In this document: piece by piece, positions 8,144 to 15,557 of the stretch
Layout of the letters: each line of letters begins with the position of its first letter
How positions within the stretch are numbered: the first letter of the stretch is position 1
DNA from: an uncultured virus (IMG/VR IMGVR_UViG_3300025853_000066)
Taxonomy: Duplodnaviria; Heunggongvirae; Uroviricota; Caudoviricetes
Direction: 5' to 3' (one strand)
IMG/VR virus record: IMGVR_UViG_3300025853_000066
DNA: 20,000 nt
Notes under the pieces: model-generated
Seen by the model: only the letters and a program-made list of their open reading frames with translations
What the model was told of the DNA's origin: nothing
The model's database searches: none
Position numbers and translations under genes: made by a program

Positions 8144-8906
8144 AGATGCATATATAATGCTTTGTACACCATGTTATGGTGGTATGATGCATGAAGCTTA
8201 TTTTCACAGTGTCGTAAAATTATTTCAAGAAGCAAGAGATAAAGAATTTAAAATTCATTTAAACACTATGGGAAACGAAAGTTTAATTACAAGAGGAAGA
8301 AACACGATGGTATCTCAATTTATGGATAATGAACATTGTACTCATTTATTATTTGTAGATTCCGATATCGCTTTCTATCCTGAATTAGTTACTAAATTAT
8401 TAGAATACGATAAAGATGTTGTAACAGCGATTTATCCTCGAAAGACTATTGAATGGAAAAATTTAGAATACTACGTTAAAAAAGGAGATCTAAAAACTAT
8501 GGAGCAAAAGTTATTAGGATATAACTTAAACTTTCCTGATCCCTTAAATATAGACGTACAAGACGGATTTGTAGAAGTATTAGATGCCGCTACAGGATTT
8601 ATGCTTATTAAAAAAGACGTATTTGTAAAAATGAGAGAAGCGTATCCTGAATTAAAATATACTTCCGATCAGATTATTAATAATAATAAATATTCTAGTG
8701 ATTGGTGCTATGCTTTTTTCGATTGTATGATTGATCCTAAAAGTAATCGATATTTAAGTGAAGATTATACATTCTGTCGTAGATGGCAGCAAATAGGTGG
8801 AAAAATATACGCTGAAATAACATATCCATTAACTCATTACGGAACTTACGGTTTTAGAGGAAATGTATCGCATAAATTTGCAAAAAAAGATAGTATAGAC
8901 GCATAA
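8121..8906 (+). CDS. GT-A fold glycosyltransferase-like protein
   Basis: TPCYGG, ESLITRGRN, DxD in HLLFVDSDI, ATGFMLIKKDVF, YLSEDYTFCRRW and terminal LTHYG: the motif order of nucleotide-sugar transferases (GT2-like). Confidence 0.8.
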   Translation: MSQSSSAKDAYIMLCTPCYGGMMHEAYFHSVVKLFQEARDKEFKIHLNTMGNESLITRGRNTMVSQFMDNEHCTHLLFVDSDIAFYPELVTKLLEYDKDVVTAIYPRKTIEWKNLEYYVKKGDLKTMEQKLLGYNLNFPDPLNIDVQDGFVEVLDAATGFMLIKKDVFVKMREAYPELKYTSDQIINNNKYSSDWCYAFFDCMIDPKSNRYLSEDYTFCRRWQQIGGKIYAEITYPLTHYGTYGFRGNVSHKFAKKDSIDA

Positions 8907-9559
8907 TGGCAACAACTTACGCAGATTTAAAGACAGATATCCAGACTTGGATGCAAAATACAGGAACGGATTTTACTAATCAATTAGATACGTTTATTAA
9001 TAATACGGAACAGCGATTATTAAGAGAAATTGATCCTGAAGCATTTGTCTTTAATAAATTTACTAATTTAACAAGCGGTAATCGTTTTTTAGCTAATCCT
9101 AGCGATCTTTTAATTATAAAAAATCTTTTAATAGAAAACGGTAGTGATAGAATTTTTCTTGAAATGAAAACAGATGAATTTATTTATGAGTATTGGCCGG
9201 ACGATAGTCAAACAGGAGTTCCTAAATATTTCGCTAATTATGATGATGATTCAACTTTACTTGCGCCTACTCCAGATTCAAATTATCGAGTAGAAATGCA
9301 GTATGTTGGAAGAATTGAAACTCTTTCTACAACCAATACAACTAACTGGTTAACAGAAAACGCTGATGACGCACTACTTTACGGTTGTTTATCGGAAGCT
9401 TCTATTTTTACAAAGAATATGGAAGATTATGCGTTATATGATAAAAGATATCAGGAAATCGTAGCTGGATTGAATAATCAATCAAGAAGGCGCAGACGAA
9501 CTGACTACAAATTCCCTGCTAGCCCTGCTGGCACGGATACCTTGACAGGAAGCCAATAA
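8906..9559 (+). CDS. Putative neck/tail-tube adaptor protein
   Basis: MATTYADLKTDIQ, TGVPKYFA, LAPTPDSNY, NWLTENADDALLYGCLSEA: typical of podovirus-type head-tail connectors. TAATG coupling. Confidence 0.6.
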   Translation: MATTYADLKTDIQTWMQNTGTDFTNQLDTFINNTEQRLLREIDPEAFVFNKFTNLTSGNRFLANPSDLLIIKNLLIENGSDRIFLEMKTDEFIYEYWPDDSQTGVPKYFANYDDDSTLLAPTPDSNYRVEMQYVGRIETLSTTNTTNWLTENADDALLYGCLSEASIFTKNMEDYALYDKRYQEIVAGLNNQSRRRRRTDYKFPASPAGTDTLTGSQ

Positions 9560-9571
9560 GGAGGTAATACT

Positions 9572-9991
9572 ATGGCAATATCGCAAGCACTCTGTACTGT
9601 ATTTAAGCAGGATTTAATGGACGCAGGACAAGATCTGACTTCAGCAACATTAAAGATAGCTTTATATACTAGTTCAGCAACTTTAGACGGAACAACAACC
9701 GCCTATTCTACATCTAATGAAGTAACCGGAACAGGTTACACTGCGGGTGGAGAAACATTAACAAACGTAGTCGTTGCAACAGACGGAACGACAGCTTATC
9801 TCGATTGTGATAACGTATCATGGTCAAGTGCTACAATTACAGCAAGAGGAGCGTTAATTTATAATAACTCTAACTCTAATTCAGCTATTTGTGTACTCGA
9901 TTTTACAACTGATAAGTCATCTTCAAATGGAACATTTGAGATACAGTTTCCAGCACCTGGTGCTAGTACTGCGTTAATTAGAATTGCTTAA
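9572..9991 (+). CDS. Putative tail/virion structural protein
   Basis: AAGGAGG RBS; LKIALYTSSATL, NEVTGTGYTAGG, ITARGALIYN, VLDF..DKSS..GTF.IQFP. Confidence 0.7.
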   Translation: MAISQALCTVFKQDLMDAGQDLTSATLKIALYTSSATLDGTTTAYSTSNEVTGTGYTAGGETLTNVVVATDGTTAYLDCDNVSWSSATITARGALIYNNSNSNSAICVLDFTTDKSSSNGTFEIQFPAPGASTALIRIA

Positions 9992-10371
9992 TGGCGTTTG
10001 TATTAAACGATAGAGTAAAGGAAGAAACAACTACAACTGGTACAGGTACCATTTCTTTAGATGGCGCAGTTGATGGTTTCGAATCTTTTGTATCAGGAAT
10101 AGGCAACAGTAATAATACTTACTATGCAATAGTAGGAGGTTCTGAATGGGAAGTAGGAATCGGAACAGTTACTGATGCTACTCCTGATACTTTATCGAGA
10201 GATACAATATTAACTAGTTCTAATTCAGATAATGCTGTTAATTTTAGTGCTGGTACGAAATCTGTATTTTGTACTTTACCTGCTTCAAAAACAGTATACA
10301 TTGATAGTGATGGCAACACTGTAGGAGCGGCCTCCGAAGCATTTGCTATTACAATGGCGGCAAGTTTATAA
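9991..10371 (+). CDS. Putative tail-fibre base/attachment protein
   Basis: DRVKEETTTTGTGT, EWEVGIGT, LSRDTIL.SSNS...VNFSAGTKSVFCTLPA are typical fibre N-terminal motifs; ends in hydrophobic FAITMAASL. Confidence 0.65.
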   Translation: MAFVLNDRVKEETTTTGTGTISLDGAVDGFESFVSGIGNSNNTYYAIVGGSEWEVGIGTVTDATPDTLSRDTILTSSNSDNAVNFSAGTKSVFCTLPASKTVYIDSDGNTVGAASEAFAITMAASL

Positions 10372-10700
10372 TGGCTAATAATTTTACATTTAATGGGGCA
10401 AGCTTAACAGATGCTACCCTTACAACTATTTTTACTACAACTAATAAAAAAGTAATTGTAGGATTATTATGTTCTAATACAGGTAGTGCTGCAATTAACG
10501 TTTCCGTTAAAATTGACCCTGACGGAACAGGTGCTAGTGAACGATTCTTAGTTAAAAATGCAGCTGTACCGCAAAATTCTTCTTTAGAGATAATATCAGG
10601 AAAAGTTGTTTTACCAGCTTCTGGTAAAATAAAAGCACAAAGTTCAGCATCTGGAGGAGATTGCGATATTAATGTTTCTTCAATAGATGGTGTTAGCTAA
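10371..10700 (+). CDS. Small beta-sandwich virion protein
   Basis: 109 aa, MANNF start, VIVGLLCSN, FLVKNAAVP..SSLEII.GKVVL; TAATG-coupled on both sides. Confidence 0.65.
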   Translation: MANNFTFNGASLTDATLTTIFTTTNKKVIVGLLCSNTGSAAINVSVKIDPDGTGASERFLVKNAAVPQNSSLEIISGKVVLPASGKIKAQSSASGGDCDINVSSIDGVS

Positions 10701-11143
10701 TGGCTTATATCGGTGCAGCTCCTCGTAATAATTTTGCAAGTTTAACCAGTCAACAGATTACTGGTGATGGTGGTTCTGTTTATACTTTAGATCGTCAAGT
10801 CACTGTACCCGAAGATTTGGCTTTGTTCGTCAATGAGGTGAGGCAGAATCCGAACACTTATACAATTTCCAATAGTGGACTTCAATTAAACTTAGGGGGA
10901 AATATCTCTGCGAGTGATACTTGTTATGTGGTCTACTTACAACAAACTTTAGAATCAGTTGGCCCGACACCAAGCACCGTGCAAGGCACAGCGTGTGCTC
11001 CTCAATTCTTTCAAAACAATCAACAGACTTTTAATGATTTAACTTTACCTGCCAATAGAAATTGCTCACTGGTAGGAACAATAACTGTAGCAGCAGGTAA
11101 CACTATTACTATTCCTGCTACCTCAACCTTGGTGATCATATGA
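10700..11143 (+). CDS. Tail adaptor-like protein, MxYIG paralogue 1
   Basis: MAYIG start, LFVNEVRQNP..YTI core (baseplate-wedge-like repeat), C-terminal beta-repeat VGTITVAAGNTITIPATSTLVII. Confidence 0.6.
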   Translation: MAYIGAAPRNNFASLTSQQITGDGGSVYTLDRQVTVPEDLALFVNEVRQNPNTYTISNSGLQLNLGGNISASDTCYVVYLQQTLESVGPTPSTVQGTACAPQFFQNNQQTFNDLTLPANRNCSLVGTITVAAGNTITIPATSTLVII

Positions 11144-11712
11144 CCAGTATTTTAGAAGTAGAACAACTCGATACGTTAAGCAGTAATGCTTCGAGTACCT
11201 TGACGATTGGTGGAACGAATACCACGACAATTGCTTTTGGTCCCAATGTAACTACGACACCGAGTAGTCTTGCGAATACCCCTGCTTTCAAAGTAGATAA
11301 AACAAGCACTCAATCTATAAGTGATGGTGTTTGGACAAAAGTAACTTTTACTAATGAGTATTATGATACAGATAATGCATTTGCTGATTCAAAATTTACA
11401 GTTCCTTCTGCTAAAGCAGGTAAATATTTTTTTTCTGCTATGTTAAGATGTACGGCTGATAATGGAACAGCAGAATATTACAGTTTAGCTTTTTATAAAA
11501 ATGGCAATAGAGAATCAATTACCAATCAATTACAAACAGCGGACAATCAATTAAGAAATTCACATATATTTGCTTCTGCAACTTTTAATTTATCAGTAGG
11601 ACAATACATAGAGGTTTATGCAAATTTTGGAGCAAACAATCCCGTTGTTGGAGGTAGTGCGTCTCAAGATATTGCTTCTTTTTTTACAGGATTTAAATTA
11701 ATAGGAGTATAA
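11140..11712 (+). CDS. Tail-associated C1q/TNF-like domain protein 1
   Basis: TPAF, KVTFTNEYYDTDNAF, KFTVP..AGKYFFSA, LSVGQYIEVY, FFTGFKLIG match the gC1q jelly-roll pattern. ATGA overlap. Confidence 0.7.
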   Translation: MTSILEVEQLDTLSSNASSTLTIGGTNTTTIAFGPNVTTTPSSLANTPAFKVDKTSTQSISDGVWTKVTFTNEYYDTDNAFADSKFTVPSAKAGKYFFSAMLRCTADNGTAEYYSLAFYKNGNRESITNQLQTADNQLRNSHIFASATFNLSVGQYIEVYANFGANNPVVGGSASQDIASFFTGFKLIGV

Positions 11713-12230
11713 TGAGCAACATCTTAGTCAACACCATTAAAGACACAGGCAATAATACGTTGCTCAGTAGTGACGGTTCAGGGTCCGTGACTCTTGGTTC
11801 AGGGTTCCCTCAGAATACTCCTAGTTTTAGAGCTTACGCTAGTTCGAACTTTACTACTGCAAATGGTACAAGAACTATTGTTCCTTTTGACAGTGTAACA
11901 TTTGATACAGGAAATTATTTTAACACATCGACTTATCGGTACACACCATTAGTTGCTGGTTATTATAATTTTTTTGCTACAGTTAAAGCTAATTCTGCTA
12001 CAGATGCAGAAAATTTCGTTATCTATATTAGAAAAAATGAAACAGAAATTATGGAAGTCACAAGTCCTCAATTATATTATAATTCTGTCAATGGTTCTAT
12101 TATCACACATTTAGATGGTGTTGATGATTTTGTAGATGTATATGTCAGACAAGATAGTGGTGGTAATTTAGAATATAACGGATTAGATAAAAAAGTTTAT
12201 TTTCAAGGGTTTAGATTAATAGGAGCATAA
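11712..12230 (+). CDS. Tail-associated C1q/TNF-like domain protein 2
   Basis: TPSF, VPFDSVTFDTGNYFN, RYTPLVAGYYNFFA, DFVDVYV, FQGFRLIG. Confidence 0.72.
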   Translation: MSNILVNTIKDTGNNTLLSSDGSGSVTLGSGFPQNTPSFRAYASSNFTTANGTRTIVPFDSVTFDTGNYFNTSTYRYTPLVAGYYNFFATVKANSATDAENFVIYIRKNETEIMEVTSPQLYYNSVNGSIITHLDGVDDFVDVYVRQDSGGNLEYNGLDKKVYFQGFRLIGA

Positions 12231-12797
12231 ATGACAAGCAAGATCAAAGTAAACATACTCGCTGACGGTGGAGATAACTCAATCATCACCTCCGATGGTG
12301 CGGGAAGCTTTACTCCTGCTTCAGGATTAGCGACAGGTGTTCTTGCGATGACTCCTGCTTTTCATGCTTTTTTAAGTTCTACTCAAAGTTTATCAGATGA
12401 TACTACAACAAAAGTTCAATGTAATAGTGAATTATATGATACCGATAATTGTTATGACAATTCTACTAACTATCGTTTTACACCAACAGTAGCAGGAAAA
12501 TATTTTGTTTACGGAAGTTGGATGAGTGATAATAGTACCGCCTCTACTCTTCAATATGGTAATGCAAGAATACGAAAGAACGGCTCTGATATACTTTTTC
12601 AAGTTTTAGATTTTAGAAATAATTATGCTGGATATAGTAACACCTTTGCTGTATCTGGCGTTGTAGATTTTAATGGAACTACCGATTATGTAGAGTTGTA
12701 TGCTACTATAAAAATTTCTTCAGGAACGACTGGAATTGGTGGTAATGCAACACATAGTAGAACCGCTTTTGGAGCATACAGGATTATAGGAGCATAG
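12231..12797 (+). CDS. Tail-associated C1q/TNF-like domain protein 3
   Basis: TPAF, ELYDTDNCYD, RFTPTVAGKYFVY, DYVELY, FGAYRIIG. Confidence 0.72.
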   Translation: MTSKIKVNILADGGDNSIITSDGAGSFTPASGLATGVLAMTPAFHAFLSSTQSLSDDTTTKVQCNSELYDTDNCYDNSTNYRFTPTVAGKYFVYGSWMSDNSTASTLQYGNARIRKNGSDILFQVLDFRNNYAGYSNTFAVSGVVDFNGTTDYVELYATIKISSGTTGIGGNATHSRTAFGAYRIIGA

Positions 12798-12800
12798 ACC

Positions 12801-13895
12801 ATGGCACTCACAACATTACCCACCGCAGCATTCGCCACAGGATCCGTGGGCACTTCACAATTAGCGGATGGTGCAGTGACCACCGAGAAGTTAGTAGCGG
12901 ATGTCAACTTCCGTAACCTCATCATCAATGGTGATATGTCTATTGCACAGAGGTCAACCAGCACATCAAGTTACAGTGGAATATCATACAGCACGGTAGA
13001 TAGATTCAAAACAGTTTTTGAATATGGCACCTACACAGTTAGCCAAGAATCTTTGTCTAGTGGTGCCGCCTACAACGCAGGATTTAGAACAGCATTCAAG
13101 GCTTTAGTCACTTCAACAGCATCTCCAGGAGCAGCAGGAGAACAAGTAACATTTGAGCAAAGAATAGAAGGACTAATGTGCCAAGCACTTAAAAAAGGCA
13201 CATCAAATGCTGAAAGTTTAACTTTATCATTTTGGGTAAGGTCATCTAAAACTGGCACTAATCTACAAGTAAATTTAAGAGATAATGATAATGATAGAAT
13301 CATTGGTGCCACATATGATATTAACACAGCAAACACATGGGAAAAGAAAACTTTTACATTCGCTGGAGACACTTCGGGAGCGTTAGACAACGATAATGGT
13401 CAATCTCTTATATTAGAATGGTGGTTAGATGGTGGTTCAAATTATTCTGGAGGATCAGTGCCTACCTCATGGCAAGCTAGAAATAATACTGATAGAAATG
13501 TAACAAACTTTGATTTGGCAGGTGGTACAGACGATTGGTGGATCACAGGAGTCCAACTCGAAGTCGGTACATCTGCTAGTAACTTTGAGTTCTTACCTTA
13601 TGATGTGAATTTACAGAGGTGTCAAAGATATTTTGAATTTGCTGAAGGTGGATATCAAGGTCCTGTTTATGGAACTGCAACTGACATGAGAGTAAGTGTT
13701 CCTTTCAAAGTTACAAAAAGAGCCAATCCAACTCTTACTAAAATTAGTGGTAATGAAAATTGTTGTAGTTCAGTTACAGTAGTAGTAGCTTCTATAGACG
13801 AAACACTAGGTGCTAGAGTTCAAGGTACAAATGTTTTTTCAGCAGGTGCAGGTAAATATTGGAATGTCAAATTTAGTGCAGACTCGGAGTTATAA
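12801..13895 (+). CDS. Tail fibre/receptor-binding protein with putative carbohydrate-binding domain, paralogue A
   Basis: Short fibre repeat (LADGAVTTEKL), NLIINGDMSIAQR, DRF, TLSFWV, WEKKTFTF.GDT, TGVQLEVG, LQRCQRYF, then a separate C-terminal beta domain (F.VTKRANPT). Confidence 0.7.
   Translation: MALTTLPTAAFATGSVGTSQLADGAVTTEKLVADVNFRNLIINGDMSIAQRSTSTSSYSGISYSTVDRFKTVFEYGTYTVSQESLSSGAAYNAGFRTAFKALVTSTASPGAAGEQVTFEQRIEGLMCQALKKGTSNAESLTLSFWVRSSKTGTNLQVNLRDNDNDRIIGATYDINTANTWEKKTFTFAGDTSGALDNDNGQSLILEWWLDGGSNYSGGSVPTSWQARNNTDRNVTNFDLAGGTDDWWITGVQLEVGTSASNFEFLPYDVNLQRCQRYFEFAEGGYQGPVYGTATDMRVSVPFKVTKRANPTLTKISGNENCCSSVTVVVASIDETLGARVQGTNVFSAGAGKYWNVKFSADSEL
13594..13624 (+). repeat. 31-nt exact direct repeat, copy 1
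   Basis: TACCTTATGATGTGAATTTACAGAGGTGTCA, identical to 19928-19958. Confidence 0.92.
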
Positions 13896-13898
13896 AAA

Positions 13899-14099
13899 AT
13901 GATTACACAAGCAATATATGAAAAAGAAATAATTACACATAAAGACGGAACAGAAGAAGTAATCACTTTAGGAATTAGAGCTATTATAGACGAAGTAGAA
14001 ATGATAGTTCCAATTTCTAATGATAACAGACACTATCAAGAAATACTCAAATGGGTAGCTGAAGGAAACACAATTACAGATAATGGAGGCGGTGAATAA
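13899..14099 (+). CDS. Small putative fibre chaperone/partner protein
   Basis: 66 aa with VPISNDNRHYQEILKWVAEGNTI, the type of ORF that follows such fibre genes. Confidence 0.6.
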   Translation: MITQAIYEKEIITHKDGTEEVITLGIRAIIDEVEMIVPISNDNRHYQEILKWVAEGNTITDNGGGE

Positions 14100-14555
14100 A
14101 TGCCCTACATCGGACAAGAACCCTTAACAGGACAATATATTATCTTAGATGATATATCTTCAAGTTTTGACGGAAGCACCGTTACTTTTAATTTAACGAA
14201 TGGCACGGAGCCTGTGTACCCTCAAACAGAACAAAATCTAATTGTGAGTATTTCAGGTATTTATCAATACCCTCGAGATGCTTATATGATCTCTTCTAAT
14301 CAAATTACCTTTACGTCCGCACCGCTAGCCACGGACACTTTTTCAGGAGTCGTGCTCGGAGATGTCTTATCAATCGGTAGTCCTACCAATAATAGTGTCA
14401 CTTCCGAATCTCTAGGATCACAGTTTTATACCATTAACCGACAATCGGTCGTCAACGTGACCGTGGAGGCTGATGAGAATGGTATGGTCGCAGGACCTTT
14501 TTCAGTAACAGGAACAATTACAATTGAAAGTGGTGCCACTTTCGTTATATTATAA
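14100..14555 (+). CDS. Tail adaptor-like protein, MxYIG paralogue 2
   Basis: MPYIG start, LDDISSSFDG..VTFNL, LIVSISGIYQYP..AY.I...QITFTSAP, C-terminal AGPFSVTGTITIESGATFVIL. GGAGG RBS. Confidence 0.65.
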   Translation: MPYIGQEPLTGQYIILDDISSSFDGSTVTFNLTNGTEPVYPQTEQNLIVSISGIYQYPRDAYMISSNQITFTSAPLATDTFSGVVLGDVLSIGSPTNNSVTSESLGSQFYTINRQSVVNVTVEADENGMVAGPFSVTGTITIESGATFVIL

Positions 14556-14561
14556 GCAACC

Positions 14562-14948
14562 ATGAGTATCCTTAAAGTTGATTCAATGCAGTGTGTTTCG
14601 ACCGACACGTCGATTAGTATGAATAATGCTGTCTATTTTCCCACAGGCACCTTAACTGATGGTGCTACGATTAATTGGAATGTCTTTGATAATCCAACTT
14701 GTCAAGTAACTTTGGGAGGGAATCGTACTTTAGCAGCACCGACTAATATGGTGGACGGTGGTTTTTATTCTATTCTCATCATTCAAGATGGCACCGGTTC
14801 ACGAACCCTGACGTTCAATTCTGTCTACAAGTTCAACGGAGCAACAGCTCCTACGTTGACAACTACAGCAGGGGGAAAAGATTTATTAATTTTTAGAAGT
14901 GATGGTACGAATATGCTCGAAGCAGGAAGAAGTATAGGAATCGCCTAA
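14562..14948 (+). CDS. Tail fibre-associated protein
   Basis: MSILKVDS start; LTDGATINWN, VTLGGNRTLAAPTN, IIQDGTGSRTL, APTLTTTAG..D...F.SDGTN. Confidence 0.65.
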   Translation: MSILKVDSMQCVSTDTSISMNNAVYFPTGTLTDGATINWNVFDNPTCQVTLGGNRTLAAPTNMVDGGFYSILIIQDGTGSRTLTFNSVYKFNGATAPTLTTTAGGKDLLIFRSDGTNMLEAGRSIGIA

Positions 14949-15556
14949 TGTTTGCTTTAGTAGAAAATAATCAGTTTATTAAAATCGTTAATTCCAATAA
15001 AGGAATTACGATTGGTGAGAATCAATATCCCAAATCTATTTTTACTTTATGGAGTAACAATGAAAGAGAAGCAATCGGTATCTACGAGGTACAGGTGGAT
15101 AACACCAATAAAAAAGACGAAGCCTATTACATTAATACAGATGTTTCTTATAGCTTTAGCAACGGTGCTGTTGTGGGAGTGTATGGAACAGCTACTCCTA
15201 AACCTTTAGATGATGTTCTCTTTGTTGAAGGTGATGAAATACCAGATGACAAAGCAGTAGGAGATATTAAACAATACGGATTAAAAGAATTAGAGATTGC
15301 CAAGATTAAAGCACAAGCAGGTGGACTACTTGCACCGACCGATTGGTATGTTATTCGCTACCAAGAAGATAACACCAAAACAATTCCAACAGATGTTGCT
15401 ACTTACCGAAGTGAAGTGAGAGCAAAGTCAGATGAAATGGAAAGTATGATTAATGCTTGTGGTACAGTCGAAGATTTAAAAACTTTATTTACTTGGACTG
15501 AAGATGAAAACGGAGTGGTCTCTCGACCTCTAGTAAGTTTCCCCGAGGAGTTATAA
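14948..15556 (+). CDS. Putative tail-fibre assembly chaperone-like protein
   Basis: C-terminal LLAPTDWYVIR...IP..VATYRSEVR resembles the 'L..(S/T)DW' tail assembly chaperone motif. TAATG coupling. Confidence 0.55.
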   Translation: MFALVENNQFIKIVNSNKGITIGENQYPKSIFTLWSNNEREAIGIYEVQVDNTNKKDEAYYINTDVSYSFSNGAVVGVYGTATPKPLDDVLFVEGDEIPDDKAVGDIKQYGLKELEIAKIKAQAGGLLAPTDWYVIRYQEDNTKTIPTDVATYRSEVRAKSDEMESMINACGTVEDLKTLFTWTEDENGVVSRPLVSFPEEL

Positions 15557-15557
15557 G

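Noticed and set aside
11427..11434. Homopolymer tracts (T8 here; G6 at 18845-18850) as phase-variation sites
   Set aside because: Short, in-frame, and expected in AT-rich DNA or Gly codons; no broken ORFs.
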